The notes beneath the pieces were generated by a model that was given only the letters and a program-made list of their open reading frames with translations, was not told the DNA's origin and did not search any database. The position numbers and the translations under genes are program-made. From contig VFJJ01000018.1 of NCBI GenBank assembly GCA_009886115.1, positions 62,001-110,115 of the forward strand: a DNA stretch of 48,115 nucleotides, given 5' to 3'. This document shows, piece by piece, positions 19,339-28,856 of this stretch. Source of the stretch: Actinomycetota bacterium (GTDB lineage Bacteria > Actinomycetota > Acidimicrobiia > IMCC26256 > VFJJ01). Each line of letters opens with the position of its first letter. The stretch's first letter is position 1.

Positions 19339-21717
19339 ATGAAGCGCCCCCCGGGGCGGCTCGGGTACGTTGCGCGGGTGCTGATCGACCCGGAAAAGTG
19401 CCAGTTCCTCTTCGGCGCCGACGAGCCGCCGTTCGACGTCGACGAGCTCGACGCCATGCTCGACCTCAGCGAAGGGGCGACTGCGACCGACATGCGGTCG
19501 GCGCTCTTGGGTGTCGTGTCGCGACAGGTGATCGAGGATCGGCCGGCCGAGACCTGGACGACCGTTCGTCGACTCCTCGATCTCGGGCTCAGCCGGGAAG
19601 CCGTCGCCGGACAGCTGCTTTTGGTCCTGACCGGTGCCATCCAGCGGACGCTCGGCGAGGGTGGTTCGACGAACACCGGCGTGAACCTCGACGGTGTCCC
19701 GCTCGGCTACGACGAGAAGCGGTACCTGCTGGCGCTGGCCCGACTGCCGATGCCGACGCCCGACCAGGTCGCCGACGCGGTCAACCAGGTCGTCGCCCAG
19801 GACCAGGGCAGCTCGCCCGGGCAGATCACCAGACGCGCGTTGGCGATCCTCGGTCGTGAGCCCGACGACGAATCGGCGGCGTTCGGGGCGCGGAGCACGA
19901 TCGAGGACGGCATCGAGGACGGGATCCTCGTCGAGCTGAGCGACGATCGCATCGTGCACCTTCCGAGCCTCACCAGCGACATCGTGCTCACGCATCGCAT
20001 CACCGAGGCCGAGCTCGTCGTCGGCAGCCTGAGCTGTGTCGGCAACGACCTCGCCGGGTTCGCCTGGCGCGGCGACGTCTCGATCGACGGGCCCGGGCCT
20101 GGGGTGGGCTCCCCGACCCGCGCCGCAAGCGTGGCCCCACCGTCGCCCGATCCAGCGAGGGAGGGTTCCGGGTCGGCGCTCGCCGTCATGTCGGTCGAGC
20201 CTGGGCACGTGGCCTGGGAGGGGCCGCCGGGCTGGCTCGATCACCTGCGCCCTGGCGATCTGGTCGCGGTGCGGGTCGGTGCCGACACCCGCATGACGAT
20301 CGACGTGCTCGACGTCGAACCTGGCCCTGACGGTCGCCTGCTCGCGAGGCTCACCGACTGCTGGGACGATCAGAGTGCCTCCAACGGGCTCCCCGTGGTG
20401 GTGGAGCACCTCGTTGCCGCCCTGCTCCTCGACGACCCGTCGACCTTCGTCGAGCCCCGTCCGCCGATCGTCGAGCTCTGTGAGCTCGCTGGTCTGGAGG
20501 TACGAGGTGGCTTCGTGGCCTCGGGCGATGAGATGTGGGATGCGCTGAAACGCGACGAGCGGTTCGAGCGGATCTCGTTGGTCGTGGACGACCTCGCCCA
20601 GGTCGAGATGGCGATCGACGTGCTCGATGAGCTCGAAGACTCGTTGTGCCCGCCCGCGCAGCTGCGTTCGCTGCTCGATCTGCTCAGCGGCAACGGCATC
20701 GTCTGCCCGGTGGTGGTCAACGAGTTGCTCGAGGTCGATCTCGTCCGAGGCGACATCGAAGCGGCATGTGCCGCTGCCGCCCGACTGGTCGAGGCCGCCC
20801 GCACCCCGGGTCAGCGGGCGTTGGCCCATCTCATCGCCGCGATGATCGAGGAGCGCTCGGGCGACGTGCTTTCCGCCGAGCACCACCTCGAGCTCGGCGT
20901 CCAGACCGGCGCCCGGTTCGGGCCGCTGCTCGATCGTCGGGCCTGGTACGCCTCTGATCGGGGCGACGCGGCGACGGCGCTGCGGTGGTGGACCATCGCT
21001 CCTCCCCTCGACGATGACGACGTCGAGATGGTCCGGCGACATGTCGGTCGGAGCGGGGCGAAGCCGGGCCGGAACGATCCGTGCTGGTGCGGGTCGGAAC
21101 GCAAGTACAAGACGTGTCATCTGGGCCGTCCCGAGGTCGCTGATCTTACCGACCGGGTCGAATGGTTGTGGAGCAAGGCGTGCAGCTACCTGGCTCGTCG
21201 AGGGGGGGCGGCGCAGGAGGCGCTCCAGACCTTGGCCCTCGCCCATCGTCAGGCGTCCGGTCGCTCGGTCGAGCCCTACGACCTCGATGAGGACGACGTG
21301 CTCGAGATGATGTCCGACCCCGCCGCGATCGACCTGGCCCTCGTCGAAGGCGGATGGTTCGCACGGTTCGTCAGTGACCGGGGGCCCCTGCTTCCTGAGG
21401 ACGAGCGGGAGCTGGCAGCCTCGTGGGTCGAGGTGCCACGGTCGGTCTACGAACTCGTGAGCGTGGCCGACGACGGGGCGATCGTGGTGCGCGACATCGA
21501 CACCGGCACGCAGCTGTCGGTCCACGAGCCGAACCTGGCCGGCCGGGGCCAGCCCGGAGACGTGTGGTGTGCCCGGGCCGTCCCCGACGGCCGAAAACAC
21601 CAGTTCGTGGGTGTCGGATTCCCCGTCACCGCCGGTTCCGAGCGACTCGTCCTCGAGCAGTGCCGTCAGCTGGGCGGTGTCGACCTGGTGGCCCATGTGG
21701 CCGGCCTCTTGCAGTGA
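19339..21717 (+). CDS. Large SEC-C motif-containing helical (TPR-like) protein
   Basis: Internal SEC-C motif 'KPGRNDPCWCGSERKYKTCH'; start may be GTG 19378. Confidence 0.85.
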   Translation: MKRPPGRLGYVARVLIDPEKCQFLFGADEPPFDVDELDAMLDLSEGATATDMRSALLGVVSRQVIEDRPAETWTTVRRLLDLGLSREAVAGQLLLVLTGAIQRTLGEGGSTNTGVNLDGVPLGYDEKRYLLALARLPMPTPDQVADAVNQVVAQDQGSSPGQITRRALAILGREPDDESAAFGARSTIEDGIEDGILVELSDDRIVHLPSLTSDIVLTHRITEAELVVGSLSCVGNDLAGFAWRGDVSIDGPGPGVGSPTRAASVAPPSPDPAREGSGSALAVMSVEPGHVAWEGPPGWLDHLRPGDLVAVRVGADTRMTIDVLDVEPGPDGRLLARLTDCWDDQSASNGLPVVVEHLVAALLLDDPSTFVEPRPPIVELCELAGLEVRGGFVASGDEMWDALKRDERFERISLVVDDLAQVEMAIDVLDELEDSLCPPAQLRSLLDLLSGNGIVCPVVVNELLEVDLVRGDIEAACAAAARLVEAARTPGQRALAHLIAAMIEERSGDVLSAEHHLELGVQTGARFGPLLDRRAWYASDRGDAATALRWWTIAPPLDDDDVEMVRRHVGRSGAKPGRNDPCWCGSERKYKTCHLGRPEVADLTDRVEWLWSKACSYLARRGGAAQEALQTLALAHRQASGRSVEPYDLDEDDVLEMMSDPAAIDLALVEGGWFARFVSDRGPLLPEDERELAASWVEVPRSVYELVSVADDGAIVVRDIDTGTQLSVHEPNLAGRGQPGDVWCARAVPDGRKHQFVGVGFPVTAGSERLVLEQCRQLGGVDLVAHVAGLLQ

Positions 21718-21733
21718 GCGCCGACGTTGGAGC

Positions 21734-22180
21734 TCAGCGCTTGCCGTGGAGCTCGACGAAGCGGCGCAACATGTGCTCGCCGTTGCTGACGTGCGCCACG
21801 GAGCCGTCAGGATCGAGGAACGCCAAGGGACCGAAGACGTTCGAGAGGTAGATCGTCTCGGTGGGAGTCGTGGTCGCGCCGTGCACGGCTCCGATGGGCT
21901 CGTAGATGAACGAGCCGGTCGGGGCGAACCCGCCGCGGTATTCGATGGCCCCGCTGAGCACGAGGAAGTTGGCGGGGCCCAGATGGACGTGCGGGGCGTT
22001 CACCTGGCCGGCGGCCGACTTGATGAGCGCCGTCCAGGCGCCGGTCTCCTCGCTGGCCCACAGCACCTTGAGGGCATTGCCCCCGCCGGTCTCGTCCCAC
22101 GCCGTCGCCTCGGTGTCGACGAGGAGCGCGAACGGATCGCCGACGGGATACGGCGATGCTGCAGCTTGGGGCGTGGCCAT
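21734..22180 (-). CDS. Cupin (ChrR/2,4'-dihydroxyacetophenone dioxygenase-like)
   Basis: 'PHVHLGP...VLSG', 'GSFIYEPIGAVH', 'GPLAFLDPDG'; GAGGAG RBS. Confidence 0.85.
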   Translation of the reverse strand: MATPQAAASPYPVGDPFALLVDTEATAWDETGGGNALKVLWASEETGAWTALIKSAAGQVNAPHVHLGPANFLVLSGAIEYRGGFAPTGSFIYEPIGAVHGATTTPTETIYLSNVFGPLAFLDPDGSVAHVSNGEHMLRRFVELHGKR

Positions 22181-22326
22181 GGAGATCTCCTCGGTGGTGA
22201 CGGCGAACGAGCGTACCGACACGCCTTTGGGTGTTCCTGGGCCTCGGTGTCGCTCCGATGTCAGGGACTTTACGGCCATGGGTGCGGGTCGGGGACGCAC
22301 GGGAACGACTCGCTGGCGCCGCGAGG

Positions 22327-23313
22327 TCACGTCCGGGCGACCGCTCGGCGTAGCGCCCGGAGCACGAGGTGCGGATCGCCGAGCCGGTGCCGGAGGTCGC
22401 GCTCGAGCCCTCCGATCGGGTACAGGTTCTGCGGCGCCCGAGGGTCCTTGTGGGGCTCGGACGCGAAGCGCGGCAGCACGGCCGAGACCTCGGTCGCTCG
22501 CGCTGCGGCCGTCTCGACGGCTTCGGCGGCGTCGAGCTCGCAGCGCACGATCCCAGCCCACGGATGGCCGTCGGCCCCGGCGAGCTTGAGGTACCACGAC
22601 CAGCGGGGCCAGCTCCCGCCGATGAGGAAGAGGGGGGTGCGCTCGCCCGGGCCCAGCCGAGCCACCACGTCGCGAACCATCGGCGGCAGGTAGCTGACAT
22701 GGTGGGTCTTGACGAACCCGACGGCGCCGGCGATCACCGGCTGGCGCAAAGGGCCGTCGACCACCACCCGCCGTCCGGGCTGGGCGTGGGCCGTGGCGAC
22801 GCGGGCCTCGAGGTCACCCATCCTGCGCTGCAGCGCCAGCATCAGCGGCTGCACCTCGTCGCTGGGCACGGGCGTGGGCAGGTACGTGCCGCACGCCGTC
22901 TCGATCGGGCCGGTGACCGCGGGGGAGAAGACCCGTCGTGTCACCTCCGCAGCGACCACGGTCGCGGCGCCGTCGCAGAGCACCGCCCCGGCGGCATACG
23001 ACGCTGCGATACCGGCATGGGTCTGGCCGTCTGCGTCGGTGATCCACACCCAGGCGTCGACGCGGCGTACGCCATCGACGAACAGCACGGGCCCGGCGAC
23101 GGCTCCGCTGGGCCCGCCGCCGACCTGTTCGCTGAGCAGCGCCCCGCTGGTGGAGGCACGGCTCGGCCCGATCGGACCCCACTGATCGGCCGGTACCTCG
23201 AGCCCGACGTCGACCGGCGCCCGGGCCTCGTCGAGCTCGCCGGGCTCGTGCGCAGCGCCGTACTCGGGAGCCCAGGCCTCGATGGCGATGGTCGCCGCGC
23301 CGGTGCCGGTCAC
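22327..23313 (-). CDS. nurA: NurA-family 5'-3' nuclease
   Basis: 'LFVDGVRR', 'VVVDGPL', 'GFVKTH', 'DPRAPQNLYPIGGLERDLRHRLG'; GTGA overlap with sbcC; HerA in the same operon. Confidence 0.82.
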   Translation of the reverse strand: MTGTGAATIAIEAWAPEYGAAHEPGELDEARAPVDVGLEVPADQWGPIGPSRASTSGALLSEQVGGGPSGAVAGPVLFVDGVRRVDAWVWITDADGQTHAGIAASYAAGAVLCDGAATVVAAEVTRRVFSPAVTGPIETACGTYLPTPVPSDEVQPLMLALQRRMGDLEARVATAHAQPGRRVVVDGPLRQPVIAGAVGFVKTHHVSYLPPMVRDVVARLGPGERTPLFLIGGSWPRWSWYLKLAGADGHPWAGIVRCELDAAEAVETAAARATEVSAVLPRFASEPHKDPRAPQNLYPIGGLERDLRHRLGDPHLVLRALRRAVART

Positions 23314-25700
23314 GTCACGACCTTGGTCACCGTGGCCCCGGTCGACGACCTCGTCACCTCGAAGCGGACGGGTACCCGCTGGGCCAGCTCGGCCACGTGG
23401 GTCACGAGGCCGACGACCCGGCCCCGCGCGCCCAGCTCCTCGATCGCCGCGGCCACCGTGTCGAGGGTCTCGGCGTCGAGCGTGCCGAATCCCTCGTCGA
23501 GGAAGAGCGACTCCAGCGTGGCCGAACCTCGCGACGACAAGCTGGCGATCTGATCGGCCAGGGCCAACGCCAACGCCAGTGACGCAAGGAACGTCTCGCC
23601 GCCCGAGAGGGTGCGGGCGCTCCGGCGTTCGTCGGCGTTGCGATGGTCGACCACGGAGAAGTCGCCCGACGGCTCGGCCGTGAGCGAGAACTGCCCGCCG
23701 GAGAGCTCGTGCAGCCGGCCCGTGGCCGCGGCTGTGAGACCCGCGACGGCTTCGTCGAGCAGCCACTGCGGGAACTGGTCGGAGCGCAGGTGGCCGTGCA
23801 GCGCCCGGGCCGTGCGTTCACCGGTGACGAGCGACTCGACGATCTCGGCCAGCTCGCCGCGCCGGGTCGCGTCGAGGCGCAGCCGCTCCAGACGTTGGGC
23901 CGCCGCGGCGTGGGCGCCCGCCGCTTCGATGCGCAGACGTTGGGGATCGCCTGAACCGACGCCGACGCCGACGCCGCGCCCGTGTGCCACCAGCGTCTCG
24001 ACCATCTCCCGGTACTCCGCTCGGAGGCCCTCGACGTGGGCTTCGATGGTCTCGGCCCGCGCCCGCTGGGTCTGGGCCGAGACGCCCGCCCAGGCCACCA
24101 GCTCCCGCCAGGCGAACGCCAGGTCGGAGCGGTCGGTGGGAGGTGGCCCGCCGGCCGTCACCGTGTCGCGTGCGGCGTCGAAAGCGGCCCACGCCTGGGT
24201 TGCGGCTCGCATCGCCGCCTGCTCGGCCGTCGTGGCCTCCTTGAGCCGAGCCGTCGCCTGCTTCGCCGCCTGCCGAGCTGCAGCCAGCGCACTGGCCGCA
24301 CTGTCGAACGCCGCGAGCGACGCGCCCAGCGCGACGCCGTCGACGTGCTCGCCCATGGCCTTCGTCAGCTCGGCCACCCTGCGGTGCGCCCCGGCGAGCT
24401 GTCCCTGGAGCCGAGCGACGGCCTGATCGGCGCGGGCCTTGTCGACCTCTGCGGCCTGAGCCGTCGCCTCGGTCTGCGCCAGGTGCGTGCGGGCCTGCTC
24501 GAGCGGGCCCAGCGGCTGCAGCGTGGGGACGGTCGTCACCAGCTGCTCGCACACCGGGCAGTGCTCGCCGGTCCGCAGCGCTTCGGCCAGGGTGTGCGCG
24601 GCATGCGCTCGCTGGAGCTCCTCGATGCTGCGGCGCGCGGCGTCGACCGCGGCCGCTCCCCCTTCGGCCGTCTCGGCTGCTCGGCGCGCTCCACGCTCGG
24701 CGGTCGCGGTCTCGTCGAGGAGCCAATCGACGAGTGCCCGGGCTTCAGGGAGGGCCCGGTGCGCGGCATCGGCATCGTCGAGCGGCTGGCGATCGCCCAA
24801 GCGGCGCACGGCGTCGTCGGCAGCATCATCGGCGGCGATCGCGGCCTCGAGGACGTTCTCGGCGTCGGCGACGCCCGCGCGCCCGGCCCGCTGCCGCTCG
24901 GCGATGGTGTCGACGCCGTCGGGGATCACGAGCGCCGCCAAGGCGTCAGCGGCGCCTCGGGCCTGCTTGGTCGTGCCGGCTTCCTCCCGGCCTTGGGTGA
25001 GGAGCTCGTCGAGCCGTGGCTGGCTGGCGTCGATCGCGGTCGTCAACTCGTCGAGTGCCGCCAGCGCAGCATCGGCGGCCGCGATGGCCTCGGGGGTGGC
25101 GTCGGCCAGACGGGCCAGCTCCACGTCGTGCACCGCCCGGAGATCCTTGGCCCGCTTGGCCCGGCCGTCGGCCAGGCCCTGCACGACGGCGTAGACCTCG
25201 TGACCGAGCAGAGCGATGAGCAGTTGACGGCGGTCCTTCGGGGCGGCGTGGAGGAAGCGGGCGAACTCGCCCTGGGGCAGCACGACGCACCGTGTGAACT
25301 GCTCGAAATCGAGACCCAGCAGGGCGCTCACGACCGTGGTCACCTCGTCGGCCGTGCCGGCCAAGGGCACGCCCGCCTGCTCGAGACGAGCTTCCTTGGT
25401 GGTCGCGCCGCCGGCTTTGGTCCGGGCCACGATCCTGAGGGCCGTGTAGGTCGTGTCGCTCACCGCGAAGTCGAAGCGGATGCGGGCTTCCAGCCGTCCG
25501 AGACTGATGATCGGCGCCACGGCCCGGCGGTCGAGCCGGGGGATCGAGCCGTAGAGCGCGAAGCACATGGCGTCGACGAGCGACGACTTGCCCGCACCGG
25601 TGGGACCGGTGAGCGCGAACAGCTCGGCCCCGTCGAAGTCGACGACGGTCGCGTCGCGAAACGACGTGAACCCGGCCAGCTCAAGCCGAAGCGGCCGCAT
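23310..25700 (-). CDS. sbcC: SbcC/Rad50 SMC-family ATPase
   Basis: Walker A 'GPTGAGKS', Q-loop 'LPQGEF', Zn hook 'CPVC', signature 'LSGGE', 'FLDEGFG', H-loop 'LVTH'. Confidence 0.95.
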   Translation of the reverse strand: MRPLRLELAGFTSFRDATVVDFDGAELFALTGPTGAGKSSLVDAMCFALYGSIPRLDRRAVAPIISLGRLEARIRFDFAVSDTTYTALRIVARTKAGGATTKEARLEQAGVPLAGTADEVTTVVSALLGLDFEQFTRCVVLPQGEFARFLHAAPKDRRQLLIALLGHEVYAVVQGLADGRAKRAKDLRAVHDVELARLADATPEAIAAADAALAALDELTTAIDASQPRLDELLTQGREEAGTTKQARGAADALAALVIPDGVDTIAERQRAGRAGVADAENVLEAAIAADDAADDAVRRLGDRQPLDDADAAHRALPEARALVDWLLDETATAERGARRAAETAEGGAAAVDAARRSIEELQRAHAAHTLAEALRTGEHCPVCEQLVTTVPTLQPLGPLEQARTHLAQTEATAQAAEVDKARADQAVARLQGQLAGAHRRVAELTKAMGEHVDGVALGASLAAFDSAASALAAARQAAKQATARLKEATTAEQAAMRAATQAWAAFDAARDTVTAGGPPPTDRSDLAFAWRELVAWAGVSAQTQRARAETIEAHVEGLRAEYREMVETLVAHGRGVGVGVGSGDPQRLRIEAAGAHAAAAQRLERLRLDATRRGELAEIVESLVTGERTARALHGHLRSDQFPQWLLDEAVAGLTAAATGRLHELSGGQFSLTAEPSGDFSVVDHRNADERRSARTLSGGETFLASLALALALADQIASLSSRGSATLESLFLDEGFGTLDAETLDTVAAAIEELGARGRVVGLVTHVAELAQRVPVRFEVTRSSTGATVTKVVT

Positions 25701-26853
25701 CGGCTTCCTCCAAGAGCTCGCCGAACAGGCCGAGCACTGTGTCGTCGCTCGCGCCTCGCTCGGCGAGGAACGCCGCCAAGAGCTCGCGGGGCGCCAGTCC
25801 GGCCCGGATCGACTCGGGACCGGGCCCGGCAACGGTGTCGGGGCGCTCGATCACGATGTCGACGGCGTCGGGGAACAGCGCCCGCAGGTCGTCTGCCAGT
25901 CCGGGAGCGGGCTTCTCGCGCACCCGCAGACGCAGGTACGCGTCGCCGGTGGTACCGGCGAGCGCGCCGAGTTGGGCGACGGTGCCCGTCAGCGTCTTCA
26001 GCGGCCGCCCGGCCACGAGCGGCACGGTCCGGACCTGGGCCGGGCTGCCGACGCGGGCCTCGACCACCAGGGTCTGCTTGGCGTTCGACTCGTCGCCGAA
26101 GTCGAGCTGGAGCGGCGACCCGGCGTACCAGGCGGGGCACGCCGCGGCGATCTTCTGGGCCCGGTGCAGATGGCCGAGCGCCGCGTAGTGGGCCGTCCCG
26201 GGGAACGCCGTCGCCGACATGGCGTAGTCGACCGCGATGTGGGCGGCCCGCTCACCGGCACCGGGCTCGGCGCCCACCACGAACACGTGCGCCGCCACGA
26301 GGTTCACGGAGCGCTCGTCGAACCCCGCAGTGAGGACCGAGACGAGTGATCGCAACCGGGAGTCGTACGAGCCCACGTGGGTTGCCGAATCGCCGCCCAT
26401 CAGCTCGTCGGCCTTCACCACGTATCGCTGCGAGAGGAACGGGATGCACGCCACCTGGACGGGCTCACCCGTGCTGCGGGCCTCGAACCGCACGACGCCA
26501 CCCTCGTCCGGGGGCACGAACGTGGCTCGGGTGGTGACCCCGGCCGCCCGCAGCAAGGGCTCGACGGCCTGGAGTCGGCGGGCGTTGTCGTGGTTGCCGG
26601 CCAACACGATCACCTCGGGGCCGGCACCCGAACCGCCGCGGGCCAGATCGGCGAGCGTCCGGTAGACGAGACGCTCGGCGTCGGGCGGGGGAGCGGCGGT
26701 GTCGAACAGGTCGCCGGTGACGAGCACCAGATCGACGGCCTCGGCTGCGGCCAGGGCCACGATCTCAGCCAGCGCCTGCTCGTGCTCGTCGGCCCGGGAC
26801 CGGTTGCGCAGCGTCTTGCCCACGTGCCAGTCGGAGGTGTGCAGCAGCTTCAC
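25681..26853 (-). CDS. sbcD: SbcD/Mre11 nuclease
   Basis: 'HTSDWH', 'GDLFD', 'GNHD', 'LGHLH', 'YAGSP'. Confidence 0.95.
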   Translation of the reverse strand: MKLLHTSDWHVGKTLRNRSRADEHEQALAEIVALAAAEAVDLVLVTGDLFDTAAPPPDAERLVYRTLADLARGGSGAGPEVIVLAGNHDNARRLQAVEPLLRAAGVTTRATFVPPDEGGVVRFEARSTGEPVQVACIPFLSQRYVVKADELMGGDSATHVGSYDSRLRSLVSVLTAGFDERSVNLVAAHVFVVGAEPGAGERAAHIAVDYAMSATAFPGTAHYAALGHLHRAQKIAAACPAWYAGSPLQLDFGDESNAKQTLVVEARVGSPAQVRTVPLVAGRPLKTLTGTVAQLGALAGTTGDAYLRLRVREKPAPGLADDLRALFPDAVDIVIERPDTVAGPGPESIRAGLAPRELLAAFLAERGASDDTVLGLFGELLEEADAAASA

Positions 26854-26899
26854 CGCGCCGCCCTCCGCCTGTCGGGCGGTCGGCCCTTCCCCTGCTTTG

Positions 26900-26936
26900 T
26901 CCGCGATTTCGCGCACCGCCGGTGAGAAATCGCGAA
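26900..26936 (-). repeat. 37-bp REP-like hairpin element, copy A (herA-sbcD intergenic)
   Basis: Arms CGCGATTTC...GAAATCGCG; its reverse complement matches 42062-42098 at 33/37 positions. Confidence 0.8.
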
Positions 26937-26992
26937 AAATAGGGGGTAGGACGGGCGCTCGACCTGGGGGCGGCGGGCCGGGCCGGGAGCGG

Positions 26993-28729
26993 TCATCGCG
27001 GGAGCCCGTCGAACACGTCGGCCGGGCTCGGCACCGAGGCCACGACCTCCTCGGCCCGGGTGGCCCAGGCGGGGAACGGGAACTGCACGACGAGCGGGAT
27101 GGGCAGTTCGGGTTGCGACACGATCATGGTGCCCGGCTTGAGGATCGTGGCCCTCCGGCGCAGGATCGGCGGCAGGAAGCCGTACTCGGGCCGGTCGGCT
27201 TCGGCCGGATCGAGACGGCCGACGACCCTGATGGCCGAGTTGGCCACGATGCGCCGCTCGACCTCGGAAGCCGTCTGCTGCGCCCCGATGAGGATGATTC
27301 CCAGCGAGCGGCCCCGTTCGGCCACGTCGAGGAGGATCTCCTTGATCGGGCTGTCACCGGTCCGCGGTGCGTACTTGTTGAGCTCGTCGAGCACGAGGAA
27401 CAGCAGCGGGCGCGACTGGCCCGAGCGTTCCTTGTCGTCGAAGGCCCGCCTGATCGTCGTGCCGACCACGAAGCGCTTGGCCCGGTCGTTGAGGTTGTGC
27501 AGGTCGACGACGCTCACCTGGTTGGCCGTGGGATCGATCCGGTGCGCCGCCGGGTCGGTGATGTCGGAGCGCACCAGCCGCCCGATGTGACGTTCGGCCC
27601 CGAACAGGCGGCGAACGAAGGCGTTGATTGTGCCCGCGCCGATCGAGCGGCCGGCCCACTCGGCCATCGTCATGTCGTCGGTGACGCGGGCCTCGACGAC
27701 CCGGCACAGCTCGTCGAAGGTGCGCACGGTGTCGTCGCCGATGCGCACCGCGCCGTCGCCCACGGCAACGGCGTCGCGCTGCAACCGGTGGGCGACGTTG
27801 TGCACGACCATCGTGTACTGCTGACGGTCGTCCTCGGCGTCGGCGAAGAGGAACGGCAGCAACGAGTCGCGGCAGAACTCCTCGAGGGTCCAGAAGTACG
27901 ACCGCACGTCGGTGGTGCGGCTGGCGACGTCGGGAACCCCCGAAGGCCCGGGCCGGGGCGGCGCCCAGAACCCGACGGAACGGAAGGGCCCCACGGGCAG
28001 GCCCAGCTGGCGGTACCGCTCGTGCTCGTTGTCGGGGAGCAGCGTGTTCGCCCGATCGAGGTGCAACAGGTCCTCGCCCTTGACGTTGAAGACCAGGACG
28101 TGGGTGTTGAGCGCGTCGGTCCCGAGCACGCCGGTGTTGAACATGGCGTGCAACAAGAACGTGGCGTACGTGGTCTTCGTGGCGACGCCGCTGATGCCGC
28201 TGATGTTGACGTGCGCCCCGCGGCGACCGTCGATGAACTCGAAGTTGGCGAACACCGGGCAGCCGTCACGGCTCGTCCCCACGGGGAGGCGGGCCCCCAT
28301 CGTGTCGAACAGCAGCGCCTGGTCGCGACTGGTTCCCATGGCCCGGCGGGCGTCGGTGCCCGGGAGCGGGGGAACAAAGGTCTCGGGCTCGAAGCGGGTC
28401 GTGAGCACCTGGGCCGCTTCCGAGACCTGGGCCGGCAGCACGCCCTCGGCCACGAGGTGAACGTCGGAGTCGAAGCGGGTGCCCTCGTGCCGGGCCCGCA
28501 CCTGATGCACGATTCCCGAGATTCGGATGATCTCACCGCCGGGCAGCACCCGGTCGACGATCACGACATCGTCGAGCTGCAGCACCTCGTCGGGCAGCAG
28601 CCCCACCCAGAACTCGAGCGGCGTCGAGTCTTCGGTCCCGATGACCCGTCCGACGACGGGGCTGGTCTCGCCGAGCAACTCGGCGGCGGGCGCGGGTGCG
28701 GCTGCGTCGGTGCTGCGGTTGTCGTCCAT
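26993..28729 (-). CDS. herA: HerA (FtsK/HerA family) ATPase/helicase with N-terminal HAS barrel
   Basis: HAS barrel 'VGRVIG', variant Walker A 'HVNISGISGVATKT', Walker B 'LVLDELNKYAP', 'AERGRSLG...GAQQ'. Confidence 0.9.
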   Translation of the reverse strand: MDDNRSTDAAAPAPAAELLGETSPVVGRVIGTEDSTPLEFWVGLLPDEVLQLDDVVIVDRVLPGGEIIRISGIVHQVRARHEGTRFDSDVHLVAEGVLPAQVSEAAQVLTTRFEPETFVPPLPGTDARRAMGTSRDQALLFDTMGARLPVGTSRDGCPVFANFEFIDGRRGAHVNISGISGVATKTTYATFLLHAMFNTGVLGTDALNTHVLVFNVKGEDLLHLDRANTLLPDNEHERYRQLGLPVGPFRSVGFWAPPRPGPSGVPDVASRTTDVRSYFWTLEEFCRDSLLPFLFADAEDDRQQYTMVVHNVAHRLQRDAVAVGDGAVRIGDDTVRTFDELCRVVEARVTDDMTMAEWAGRSIGAGTINAFVRRLFGAERHIGRLVRSDITDPAAHRIDPTANQVSVVDLHNLNDRAKRFVVGTTIRRAFDDKERSGQSRPLLFLVLDELNKYAPRTGDSPIKEILLDVAERGRSLGIILIGAQQTASEVERRIVANSAIRVVGRLDPAEADRPEYGFLPPILRRRATILKPGTMIVSQPELPIPLVVQFPFPAWATRAEEVVASVPSPADVFDGLPR

Positions 28730-28856
28730 CCGGGCCGACCCTACCCACCGCCCGCCCTCGCAGGGGGCAGAAACTGGCGTTCATCGGATGTCGCGCCACG
28801 CTTGGCGCGGGTCTCCGCACCAGGAACCGCCGGGGCGGGCCCGAACGTGTGGGGCG

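Noticed and set aside
22327..28729. Wadjet/MksBEFG or a conjugative VirB4/TraG module
   Set aside because: The SMC protein has a Rad50 zinc hook and an Mre11-type partner; no kleisin, Toprim JetD or T4SS genes
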